Shown here: positions 1 to 12,875 of the stretch, one piece after another | Position numbering within the stretch: the stretch's first letter is position 1 | Layout of the letters: each line of letters starts with the position of its first letter | Translations under genes and position numbers: made by a program | Notes under the pieces: model-generated | Databases searched by the model: none | Told to the model about the DNA's origin: nothing | What the model saw: only the letters and a program-made list of their open reading frames with translations | Source: the human T2T-CHM13v2.0 reference genome, Homo sapiens | Assembly (NCBI RefSeq): GCF_009914755.1 | Contig: NC_060929.1 | Length of the DNA: 64,000 bases | Strand: one strand, 5' to 3'

Positions 1-418
1 AGGAAAAATGAAGAATCACAGGCTGGAAAGAAATAATAGATATGAAGATGCAGGTTGATAGAAAGGCTTAAAAATGAATAAAAGATTAATATAAGGTAAA
101 GTAAATGAAGAAATTTCTTTAGATGCTGAATTTTTTTTACAATTTGGATGGCAATTACGATAGTAACAATACACAAAATAGTAATCCATTTTTTTCTTTA
201 AGTTTTCCCTAGCTCCAGTATTTAGGAGATCCCCATTTGATGGTATTCAAGTGAATTAAGCACATTTGTTTAGCTTCAAGGAAAATAGACTCCTAGTGTG
301 AAAAAGAAAGAGGTTTTCCAGTAAATGATTTTAATAAGTAGAAGGTAATACAAAGTAAAGACGCTTGAACGATTAAAATACATAAAAGTGTGATAGTGAA
401 ATGCATTGCTATTTTCTA

Positions 419-763
<345 letters not shown>

Positions 764-766
764 ATT

Positions 767-800
767 TGTGTGTGTGTCTGTGTGTGTGTGTGTGTGTGTG
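767..800. repeat. (TG)n microsatellite
   Basis: About 17 TG units with one interruption, abutting the Alu tail. Confidence 0.95.
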
Positions 801-3478
801 AGTGAAAGCAGATATATGATCAATCTTTAAAAATTGCCTATGTTGGGAAATGGGAAACTTGTGCATCAGCTTTCTCACAGGAGAAGACCAAGTGATGATG
901 GTCTATTGATGTTAGTACATTAAAAATTATATTGTAGTTTTTTTTTAAAATACAACTTTAGCTTCTATTATTTAAAATTGTTTACAAACAAGTAACCAGT
1001 CTTTCTCTGTTGCATCTCTGTCAAGTTTCCCTCTCTATTTGTTCCTTTTTAGACTCAATTCCCAGTTCCAGCCCTTAGGATTGCTCGCTCTACTTTTCCA
1101 TGTTTACTTCTTCCAGATCTTTTCCTCATTTGCATGAATCGGCACTAAAATAAAAATAAACAAAATGTATGACATCTTGTCTATAGACTTGTGCATGTGT
1201 GCTTGAGCCTGAGTATGTTTATGAAGGGAGGAAGCATGGAGAAGGGAACAAGAAAAGATGGTGTTAAAAAAAATGTCATGATATTGCTGCAAGTTCTTAT
1301 TACAAGTGACAGAGGAGTTACTGACAATGGAATAAGAAAAAGACAAAAAAAGAGAAAAAAATAATGTTTTCATTTCTTGATGAAGGGGAAATTCTCACCT
1401 TCAGAAAAGGTGATCTGGAGATTTTGGGTCAATATTCATATAAAATAAAATTTTGGGACACTGGATTCTACATTAGAAGCAGAAGAACAATTATTATTGT
1501 GTAACAAAGATAGAAAGGGACTCTAAGAAAATAAACTGAAATAAACTAGGCAAGTGCTGACTAGTGATTTTAAGTAAAGATGAGAATAACATGACTTATC
1601 AATTGCTAAAGGACAAAGACAGGTGGGTGAACATAGAAGTAGGATCTATACAAAGGAAGAAGGGAGCCTTGGGAAAGTATGCTATAATATTTATTTCTGT
1701 TTTTAAAAAAGGAGGTGTAACAAAGCTGGAAGTTTTACTAAGTGAAGGGTTTTCTCAGAAAAGAAAATGGAAAAAAATCTTGGGAACGGAGGAGTTGATC
1801 AAAAAAGTTTAGTCTACAAGTCCAGGGAGGATTTGTAAGCTCTCAATCTGATAGGATTTGAAGATAAAAGGAGTAATTCAGTGAAGAGGTTAGAGCAAAT
1901 AGTTGATTATTGTTCCACTTTGTGTAATCATGTAGTGGCTTGGCCTTAGGATGACCTTCTAAAGTTTAGAGAATCTCGAGAGCAAAATTGTACCAGGGGG
2001 AACTATAATAGTTAGAAGTGAAAATTCGACTTTGCTAGTCTAAGGTTCAGCATAAGGGTGAATTCTAGCAATTTTCCATAATCATTATTCATCAAAGACC
2101 ACAGACTTAACCATAGGGCTATATTTGAGGTCGACAAAGCGGAGAAGACACAGACCCTAGAAATAAATCAGAGTATAGGTGAGGTGGGTGATATTTCAAA
2201 GCCATATGACAAAGATTTTTTGTTATTGTTTTTCTTCTTTTTTAAGCATAGAAGAAAGACAGCATTCTCAAAGCCTTCAGAGGGAGTTAGTCATTTAAAG
2301 CAGCATCTGACAGTTCAGGCAAAGAGGTCACGGGGAAGCTACTGATCTGAACAAGTGGACATTAGATTGCTGCGAAGAATTAGATATTCTTTACAGACTC
2401 AGTCAGGTCTGCACCCTACTTTTAGTGGCTTTAGTGACCCATGTATGATCCAGTAAGATGACCTTCTATTCCAAATGTGTTATTCTTTGAGTAGATTACA
2501 CACTTTTCTAAGAGTCTCTGCTTACTTGCTGGGAGTCGATACAGTAGAAAAAAGGAAATAATGGATTTAGCTAGGAGCTGGAAATGATGGTGGCTCCATT
2601 TTAAGACAGAGAAGTAAAGAAGCCCTCAGCACTGAATACTGAAGAACGTATGCCAGTGGAGCCCATACGCAATAGTCCTTTACAAAGAGAGGACATCAGA
2701 GTCACATTTTCTTACTGCACATGTTACTTGATGATTGTGATAAATTGTTTTTTTTTTTTTAAACTGCAGTCATGACTAGACAAGGAAGAGATCATTTATT
2801 GAAACTTCCGAAATAGTCTGACCTTCCCCTAAGGCTTTGCTTGTATACATATGTTCAACAACTCTCATGACTTAATAACTAATCTTGCCACGTTAATCTC
2901 AGCAACAAGTTTTCGAGGCTACTAAATGTTATATATTAAATTAACATTGTAATATGACACTTTATCCTATATTGATTTTTCTCATTGTTGCAGAACAACA
3001 CAGTTCCCTTTAGTGTTGAAAAATTCCCAGATTCAGAAAGAAAAAGCTGTAGTCATGTCACCATGATCCCTTGGGGTCAGAGATTAGGCCACATCAATAA
3101 GCCTAACGAAAAAACCGTTGTAAATTAAAACATAATAGAAGGAAACAAGATTGCCTCCTCTATTTCAAGTGACAAGAAAATGAGGAGGAATACCCCAAAA
3201 CTCCAGAGTTATGAATTATTCCTACACTTTAGTAAAATAAAGAAATAAACATTTTAAAATGATATTGATTTAAAGATGGCTGTGTTCACAGTATCGATTA
3301 GGATGGTTTGTGTGCTTAGATTCTTATAAAGTGAGACTGATGAAATTGTTCCATCAGTTCCATGATATATAACATGGCCTGCTTTATATATATTCCATAT
3401 ATATATGTATAAAATTTATATGTATGCCATGTTTTGTATAATATATAAGGCCATATTATATGTAAGTATATTATATGA

Positions 3479-3709
<231 letters not shown>

Positions 3710-4734
3710 TAAATATTTCTGTATACTCACCTATTAATGTTTCTCCTTTCAATGTTGGTTGTATTCATTTGTTAAGCTTTGGGTAATCATTTTTATTTTT
3801 GATGTATATATCAAATTTTAAAGGTAAATAAAATGTGCATATAGAACATACACATGGTGTTCATGAATTCCTTAGATCTTCAAGTGACTTTATTAAGAAT
3901 CCTAATTTTTACAGATAATCTTTTTAAAAAAATTGTGCAGCATTTAAGGATTCCTAGAGTAAAATCTGAGATGTGCCATGTATGGATTGCTTGAACTTTG
4001 ATTATTCTTCCTGCTGCTTTTTAACTTGGTAGGTCCTGTTAATAATTGAACAGGTCACTGTGTATATAGAAAATGTGGATAGGAGTAAGAGAAGAATAAG
4101 GAGTGATAGAGAGATAAAGGATCAGTGGAGAGAAAGCAGAAGGTGTATATAGTAAAAAAGTATAAAATAAACCAGAAAACAAGCAAGAAATGCAAAGTAA
4201 AGAATTTTAAATAAACTTTGGCTCAAAATATTGTGTCTCTCTAACATGCTACAGAGGAATCAATTTCTAGGCTGCTCTGAAACCAGGATGTGACAGGTGG
4301 CTGATCTCCACCCTCTAATAAATCCAGAGCCTCAATTATGGATTGAATTCCTGTCATTCCTTATATTTTTTGTTTACTTTTCACAAGAACTAAAATCAAT
4401 GGTGTGGTGAGAAGAAAAAATGAGGTGGAGAATAGGGAAGAGAAAATATTATATCGACTAAAGACTATTTCATACAGATTTCCGACTCTCTTAAAAGACC
4501 TTGTCCTTCAGCCTGAGTCCATATCTTCTAATGATATTTCTTTTGAGACAGGTGGAACTCACACAGGAAGTAAGAATGTTATTCTAAGCTCATCTCTTTA
4601 ATTTACTAATTTGTGTATGTTAAGCCCATTTTGAAGAGTACTCTTGGGTTAAAATGTCTTTGAGGTTATACTGCAGGTACCCAAAACAGGGTGTGGTGCT
4701 TTTTTGTTTGTTTGTTTTTTGTTTTTGGAGTGGG

Positions 4735-4770
4735 GGAGAGAGAGAGACACAGAGAGAGAGAGAGAGAGAG
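4735..4770. repeat. (GA)n microsatellite
   Basis: Direct reading of the sequence. Confidence 0.9.
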
Positions 4771-5237
4771 ATTAACTTCTGACCTACATGGAATTATTTC
4801 TGGTCCTAAGAACAATTATCAAGAGGTTAGGGCTTTCTGAAAAGCTGGTTATTGACACGATAAATAAAAGCAGCCCCAAGGTAAACATGTCTGTGTATTT
4901 CAAAGTATATAAAACATACCTGAAGAATACAGATGTGCTTTCTTCTAAGATAGCCCTTGAAACACGGAAATTTATTAGTTCACCTTTGCCAGCATATGCT
5001 AATGATCAACTATTGAGATACATATTCTATTTTCCTTAGACAACCAATGAGCAACTCTTTGGTGTAAAATTATGGCAGACCAGTTTAAGAATTATTTGTC
5101 TGTTGTTTTATTCTAAAGAAATAAGGCATGACTGAAAGGCAGACACCTAAGTCCATAGAAGTCATCCAAATGTTTTTTTAAAAACATATTTGTTATACTT
5201 CTAGGCTTGAAAATAAGCCATGGTTCATGTCCCAAAA

Positions 5238-7695
5238 AAGCAAAGAATTCATGACTAAGACCTCAAAAGCAAATGCAATAAAAACAAAAGTAGACAAATG
5301 GGACTTAATTAAACTAGAAAATTTCTGCACAGCAAAAGAAATTATCAACAGAGCAAACAGACAACCTGCAGAATGGAAGAAAATATTTGGAAACTATGCA
5401 TCTGACAAGGAACTAATATCCAGAATCTATAAGAAGCTGAAACAACTCAACAACAATAACAGTGAAAACCCCATTAAAAACTGGGCAAAGGACAAGAACA
5501 GACATTTTTCAAATGAAAACATACAAATGGCCAAGAAGCATATGACAAAATGCTCAACATCACTAATCATGAGAGAAATGCAAATTAAATCCACAATGTG
5601 ATATCTTACACCAGTCAGAATGGCTATTAATAAAACGTCAAAAAATAACAGATGTTGGCAAAGACGTAGAGAAAACGGAACATATATATTCTTGATGAGA
5701 ATATAAATTAGTACAACACTATGGAAAACAGCATGAAGATTTCTCAAAGAACTACCACTACTGGTAGTTCAAGAGATCCCACTACTGGGTATCTACCTGA
5801 AAGGAAAAGAGATCATTATATCAAAAATATAACTGAACTCATTTGTTTATTGTAGTACTATTCACAATAGCAAAGATATGGAAATCAACCTCAGTGTTTA
5901 TCAGTGGATGACTGCATAAAAAAAATCTTTCATATATACACATAATATACGTATATACATAATATAGGTATATACGTATATACATAATATAGGTATATGC
6001 ATATATACATACATATAATATACGTATATACGTATATACATACATATATACGTATATACGTATATTATACATGCATATAATATACGTATATACATGCATA
6101 TAATATACGTATATACATGCATATAATATACGTATATACATGCATATAATATACGTATATACATGCATATAATATACGTATATACATGCATATAATATAT
6201 GTATATACATCTACACACATACATATAATATATGTATATACATCTACACACATACATATAATATATGTATATACATCTACACACATACATATAATATATG
6301 TATATACATCTACACACATACATAAAATATATGTATATACATCTACACACATACATAAAATATATGTATATACATCTACACACATACATATATGTATATA
6401 CATCTACACACATACATATAATATATGTATATACATCTACACACATACATATAATATATGTATATACATCTACACACATACATATAATATATGTATATAC
6501 ATCTACACACATACATATAATATATGTATATACATCTACACACATACATATAATATATGTATATACATCTACACACATACACATATGTATATACATCTAC
6601 ACACATACACATATGTATATACATATACACACATACACATATGTATATACATATACACACATACACATATGTATATACATATATACACATACACATATGT
6701 ATATACATATATACACATACACATATGTATATACATATATACACATACACATATGTATATACATATATACACATACACATATGTATATACATATATACAC
6801 ATACACATATGTATATACATATATACACATACACATACATATATGTATATACATATATACACATACATATAATATATGCATATACATATATACACATACA
6901 TATAACATATGCATATACATATATACACATACATATAACATATGCATATACATATATACACATACATATAACATATGCATATACATATATACACATACAT
7001 ATAACATATGCATATACATATATACACATACATATAACATGCATATACATATATACACATACATATAACATATGCATATACATATATACACATACATATA
7101 ATATATGCATATACATATATACACATACATATAATATATGTATATATATACACATACATATAATATATGTATATACATATATACACATACATATAATATA
7201 TGTATATACATATATACACATACATATAATATATGTATATACATATATACACATACATATAATATATGTATATTCCATGGAATACCACCCAGCTGTAAAA
7301 AAGAATAAAGTCATGTCTTTTGCAGCAACATAGATGGAACTGGAGGCCATTAAGTGAAATTACTCAGAAATAGTAAGTCAAATACCACATGTTCTCGCTT
7401 ATAAACGGGAGCTAAATAATGTGTGCACATGGACGCAGAGTGGGGAATAACAGACCTTGTAGACTCAGAAGTGTGGGAGATTGGGAAGGAGTAAGAGATG
7501 AGAAATTACACTCTAGGTTCAATGTACATTATTTGAGTGATGGTTACACTAAAAGCCCAGACTTTGCTGCTATGCAATGTATCCATGTAACAAAATTCCG
7601 CTTGTACTCCTAAATTTATGCAAGTTTTTAAAAAATTTTTATTTTAGGTATAAGCAAAACAAAACAAAGACACTAAAAATAAATAAACAAAAAAA
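5238..7695 (+). mobile_element. 5'-truncated L1 (L1PB4-like), ORF2 3' part plus 3'UTR, split by a 1.35-kb tandem repeat
   Basis: ORF 5227-5601 is L1 ORF2p-like ([20 protein letters not shown]). The L1 resumes at CCATGGAATACC (~7276). 3'UTR reads GATGAGAAATTAC...ACACTAAAAGCCCAGACTT, followed by an A-rich tail. Confidence 0.9.
5931..7274. repeat. Compound TA/CA-rich minisatellite with 23-, 33-, 28- and 33-bp unit blocks
   Basis: Units read directly: ATACATGCATATAATATACGTAT; CATACATATAATATATGTATATACATCTACACA; ATACACATATGTATATACATATATACAC; TACATATAACATATGCATATACATATATACACA. The 11-aa periodicity in the ORF track fits the 33-mers. Confidence 0.97.
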
Positions 7696-7745
7696 TAAGA
7701 GAGCAGGGTCCAGTTTTCAGATAAGAAGGCAGTGGGGGACTTGTG

Positions 7746-8544
7746 AAAATGCTCATCATCACTGGCCATCAGAGAAATGCAAATCAAAACCACTATGAGA
7801 TACCATCTCACACCAGTTAGAATGGCAATCATTAAAAAGTCAGGAAACAACAGGTGCTGGAGAGGATGTGGAGAAATAGGAACACTTTTACACTGTTGGA
7901 GGGACTGTAAACTAGTTCAACCATTGTGGAAGTCAGTGTGGCGATTCCTCAGGGATCTAGAACTAGAAATACCATTTGACCCAGCCATCCCATTACTGGG
8001 TATATACCCAAATGACTGTAAATCATGCTGCTATAAAGACACATGCACACGTATGTTTATTGCGGCATTATTCACAATAGCAAAGACTTGGAACCAACCC
8101 AAATGTCCAACAATGATAGACTGGATTAAGAAAATGTGGCACATATACACCATGGAATACTATGCAGCCATAAAAAATGATGAGTTCATGTCCTTTGTAG
8201 GGACATGGATGAAATTGGAAATCATCATTCTCAGTAAACTATCGCAAGAACAAAAAACCAAACACTGCATATTCTCACTCATAGGTGGGAATTGAACAAT
8301 GAGATCACATGGACACAGGAAGGGGAATATCACACTCTGGGGACTGTTGTGGGGTGGGGGGAGGGGGGAGGGATAGCATTGGGAGATATACCTAATGTAA
8401 ATGACGAGTTAGTGGGTGCAGCACACCAGCATGGCACATGTATACATATGTAACTAACCTGCACAATGTGCACATGTACCCTAAAACTTAAAGTATAATA
8501 AAAAAAAAAAACAAACAACAACAACAACAACAAAGAAAAGAAAA
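7746..8544 (+). mobile_element. 5'-truncated young L1 (L1PA2-like) with an open ORF2p C-terminus (7777-8295), 3'UTR and A/(AAC)n tail
   Basis: The ORF contains the CCHC motif [15 protein letters not shown] and ends at the native SLIGGN stop. Diagnostics: CCACTATGAGA, GCGGCATTATTC, AATGAGATCACATGG, GAG (non-Ta) and TTAAAGTAT. Confidence 0.95.
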
Positions 8545-9212
8545 TTCTTACGTGTTCTTGATGATATTATGCATTACATTTTTTACATTCAATTGAAGCA
8601 CAAGTAATTAAGTGATCAAGCACATGCAGAGTAGAAAGTGATTGCTTTACGTTAGAGAAAAGCCAAGGGGATTTGTGGCACAATCTGGCATAGGATTTTG
8701 TATGCTCTGATCACCATTTTCTACTTAATTTTCTTTTAGAACTGTTAGAGACACAATTAAAATAGATTCTCTCAACTCCCCAGTGTGTGGATAATTTTAC
8801 TGCCTTTTAGGCCCAAAATGGAAAGCCTGAATTGTTGAATGACATTTACGTTGATAGATAAATGTCTCTCTTCAATTGTGGTATTTCTATCATTTCTAGT
8901 GATTTCAATAGCACTGAGATACAAAAGGACAATAAATCTGATAAGAAAAGTAAAAAAACATTTCCCCTCATTACTTTTTACTTTTTAACTCCTTCCATCT
9001 CCTACTACCCAGGCTAAGGCCAGCTATAAGTTGTAGATAATATAATTAGCCTCAGATGGGAAAGTAACTCTGTCTACCTAGAGGTGAGAATGTTATGATG
9101 TTCCATTATACTTCGCAGTAACAATAGTAATAATAGCATTGCTACAACATCACAAAATATGCATGAGTACAATACAATTATGTGTGGCAATATCATTTGC
9201 AAATATATGCAA

Positions 9213-10096
9213 TTTTTTAAATTATTATACTTTAAGTTCTAGGGTACATGTGCACAACGTGCAGGTTTGTTACATATGTATACATGTGCCATGTTGGTGT
9301 GCTGCACCCATTAACTCGTCATTTACATTAGGTGTATCTCCTAATGCTATCCCTCCCCACTCCCCCGACCCCACAACAGGCCCTGGTGTGTGATGTTCCC
9401 CTTCCTGTGTCCAAGTGTTCTCATTGTTCAATTCCCACCTATGAGTGAGAACATGCAGTGTTTGGTTTTTTGTCCTTGTGATAGTTTGCTTAGAATGATG
9501 GTTTCCAGCTTCATCCATGTCCCTACAAAGGACATGAATGCATCCTTTTTATGGCTGCATAGTATTCCATGGTGTACATGTGCCACATTTCCTTAATCTA
9601 GTCTATCATTGATGGACATTTGGGTTGGTTCTAAGTCTTTGCTATTGCGAATAGTGCTGCAATAAACATATGTGTGCATGTGTCTTTATAACAGCATGAT
9701 TTATAATCCTTTGTGTACATACCCAGTAATGGGATGGCTGGGTCAAATGGTATTTCTAGTTCTAGATCCTTGAGGAATCGCCACACTGTCTTCCACAATG
9801 GTTGAACTAGTTTACAGTCCCACCAACAGTGTAAAAGCATTCCTATTTCTCCACATCCTCTCCAGCACCTGTTGTTTCCCGACTTTTTAATGATTGCCAT
9901 TCTAACTTGTGTAAGATGGTATCTCATTATGGTTTTGATTTGCATTTCTCTGATGGCCAGTGATGATGAGCATTTTTTCATGTGTCTGTTGGCTGCATAA
10001 ATGTCTTCTTTTGAGAAGTGTCTGTTCATATTCTTTGCCCACTTTTTTATGGGGTTGTTTGTTTTTTTCTTGTAAATTTTCTACAAAGAACTCAAA
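9213..10096 (-). mobile_element. 5'-truncated L1 (L1PA5-like) with a 17-bp TSD and a tiny 5' inversion
   Basis: Antisense 3'UTR and ORF2 end (ORF 9631-10029). TSD CAAATATATGCAATTTT at 9200-9216 and 10093-10109. Confidence 0.95.
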
Positions 10097-10488
10097 TATA
10101 TGCAATTTTATACTCCATAAGTAATTGTTGTACAAATAAATTAATCTTAAAATTTATAAATTAGTTATTTTCAAATATTTTTCCTTTTTAATCTCTTTAA
10201 CAAATATTGGGATCTCAAGATGAGCCAAGTGATAATCCAATAAATTATATGAGTAACTAATTTTGCATGGCTTAGTGAATGACAGAGGCAGAACCAAAAG
10301 CAGCTCCATTTTCTTCACCTGTGCTGGATTCTGTGGCCTAAGCCAGTGAAAAACTAATTTGCAGGTTATAGTTGTTAAAATTGAGTCTTCCCTGAGTAGT
10401 ACTAAGGCCCTAACTCCTACTGGGGCTGAGGAGGTTATACCATTTTTCCCATACTTTTAATTCAATAGTCGTTTCTTCCTATTTTCAG

Positions 10489-10586
10489 TTCATCATGGGT
10501 CCTCTGGAAATCTCCTACCTTTGTGAGCAAAGATTACTGCAGGGTGGAAGACAGGTCCATGATTGCCCAGGCTGCAGTGCAAGAAG
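10489..10586 (+). other. Candidate 98-bp spliced exon (unverified)
   Basis: Acceptor GTTTCTTCCTATTTTCAG| and donor AAG|GTGAGC in apparently non-repeat DNA. One frame is open and contains ATCATGG. Confidence 0.2.
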
Positions 10587-10747
10587 GTGAGCACATTTCA
10601 GTTTATCTCCCTACATTAGAAGGAAGAAACTTCTAGGTTAACAATCAGATGCATCTTCACATCCTAATGACCCCAATAAGATTAACTTTCACTTTTATAT
10701 CTGAGTCAGTGCCAAAGGAAATGACAGTCTCCCTTCTCTTTTTGAGA

Positions 10748-10892
10748 AATTCATTTGTTCATGTATGCAGCTGAGTTTTTGGGTTACCTAGTATGTTATA
10801 AGGATTGTGAGGTGCAATGAGCACAAGGGTAAGCAAATGAGCTATCACAGGTCCCTTACATGTGGATTGTATGTTTGAGTGGGGAGGACAAA
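10748..10892 (-). mobile_element. L2 3'-end remnant
   Basis: Degenerate match to the antisense L2 tail: ATTCATTTGTTCA...CCTAGTATG...GGTCCCT...GTGGGGAGGACA. Confidence 0.45.
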
Positions 10893-12029
10893 TCTCCACA
10901 CTTGGAGTAGTAATTACTACTCAGAGCCAATTACTCATTACCAGAATCACTGTGCTTTAGGCTTTGATCTTTGCTAGCATATATCTTCTTGGGTGAAATA
11001 AGTTACATCCCTCTATAAAAATCAGTGGTTAGAGTCATTGGTGAGAGGCAAGTTGGCAAAAGCAACAACCAACTTCTGAAGCTGCTGTCTAGCTGGGTAC
11101 TTTCTCAGATTGTAGACTCAATAGTAGTTAGATCCCCAAACATTTGCACTGACATGCTATGTTACAGTTGCAACTGGTCTGGAGCCCGTGTGCTGGTCTA
11201 AAGCTTTTTCAATGCCTCATACAGAAAATGAGGAATGGATATTCTGAGACTATTGCTGTCCTTACTTGCAATTGGAATTCATGAGGCTCTAGTTTTGAGA
11301 AAAGGAGAAACGCTGAAAATGGCATGCCAGCTGGCCTTGATTCATTATTTACCCCGGGAACACTGGGCTTTAAGACTCCCCTGAAGCTCATAGCTGTCTC
11401 TCTTAGCAGATGTGTGAAACTTCAGCTCTTCCCATGGTAGTTTTGCACTATGACAATCCCTGAACACTGCTGTTACCACTGTATATGAACACTGAATGAA
11501 CAAAGACATTTTCTACCTGAGTAAACCATAAGCTCAGATTTATTAAAATGCCAAGAGGTTAGTTATTATGGGAGATTAACAGAGCACTGCTGATCCTATT
11601 TTTTTAAGCAAGAAGACTTGATAGCTAAAGTTGTATGCCTCCTGAACTTACATGATTATTGCCCTGCTCCAATCCTTCATTTCAATGCAGGGTTCTTACA
11701 GCATCAAACAGCAGTTCTGTATGACTAACAGAAAAGCTAAACTTTGCTTCCCCTCCTTCCGTACTTTACCTGTATAAGAATGTTTAGATGTTTTCAAGTA
11801 TGAATCATGAATGTTCTGAACTTTGGGAAGGTAACAGGTCAAATTTTAGGGTGTGTACATGTTCTCAACAAAATAGAAGTCCTATCACCTTCTTCACAAG
11901 GTAAAGAGTAAATTCACCTTCACATCAATGCAAAATCACTGGAAAATAGTCATTGAATGGAAAATATATTTTGTGTTGGGCTGATAACCTACAATTTGGT
12001 GGGAGAAAAGGCTCTTAGTTGTTGCAGCT

Positions 12030-12140
12030 CCCAAATTTGTGGTATAAATACTTCTATCATGTAAGTTTAACAAATGACTCACCATATTCCTAAATACTTA
12101 ACAATTGGCTCTTGCAAGCTATTATCAACTGGTTCCAGTA
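12030..12140. mobile_element. MER63-like hAT DNA transposon fragment
   Basis: GTGGTATAAATACTTCTATCATG and TTAACAATTGGCTCTTGCAAGC...CTGGTTCCAG resemble MER63 terminal motifs. Confidence 0.5.
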
Positions 12141-12743
12141 GAGCTTTTCTAAACTACATATTTCCCACTTAGGGAACAAATTGACCTCGATATGACCTAG
12201 TTTACTGTTTTTGATCAATTGAAAATAATTACAAAGAGATTGATTCTCCCTGTCCATTTGGGTGGAAATTATGCAGGAATTGCACCCTTCTGTTCAGGTT
12301 TCCAGGCCGCTAAAGCATCCCCCAAGGATACACTTATCCTTGACTGGGATATACTGTGCTGAGCTTATGAACTAAAGAGATGTCAAAGTCAGATACACAG
12401 AAAACAAGACCAAACTGGGCTTCCAAGAAAGGCACCTGAAGGAGTAATAATGGTATGAGATATAAAATCAAATGGACATCAAGAATTGTAAAAAATTCAC
12501 AGGATGAGACAATTCATGCATTCAACACTAATCAGTTTTTGCCCTTAAGGACTGTATATTCTTATGGGGACTGGGGAAACCAATAAAGAAATCAACGAAA
12601 ACAGAAAGAACAGAGATAGGGAAATAACAATATATGCAATAAAGAAAATTAAACAAGTTAATAAGACAATTTGGGTTTAGATGAGGAATGCAGAGGAGTC
12701 CTTTCTGAAAAAGTAACTTTTTAAACAAAATATTTCAGGTGGC

Positions 12744-12875
12744 TGTATTAGCTTTCTATTGTTTCTGTCACAAAAAAGTACCACCAAATCTTTGGATTAA
12801 AACAACACCAATTTATTTTTTTACAATTCTTGTGGTCAGAAGTCTAAAATCAGTCTCACTGGGCTAAAATCAAGG
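12744..12875 (-). mobile_element. MLT1 (MLT1C-like) MaLR LTR fragment
   Basis: TGTATTAGCTTTCTATTG...AAAACAACAC...GGTCAGAAGTCTAAAATCAGTCTCACTGGGCTAAAATCAAGG. Confidence 0.8.

Noticed and set aside
1564-1812. 82-aa lysine-rich ORF in purine-rich DNA
   Set aside because: No ATG start and no recognisable family; it may be ancient repeat debris but I cannot support a call.
5931-7274. Regular 28-33-bp periodicity superficially like a CRISPR array
   Set aside because: The units are head-to-tail with no unique spacers, there are no cas genes, and the context is primate DNA.
5839-7350. Many long overlapping ORFs (up to 324 aa) rich in Y/I/H/T/C/M/V
   Set aside because: They are translations of a stop-poor TA/CA tandem repeat on both strands, not genes.
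7777-8295. Intact 172-aa ORF with a CCHC motif
   Set aside because: It is the L1 ORF2p C-terminus of a young 5'-truncated copy with no promoter; intactness reflects age.
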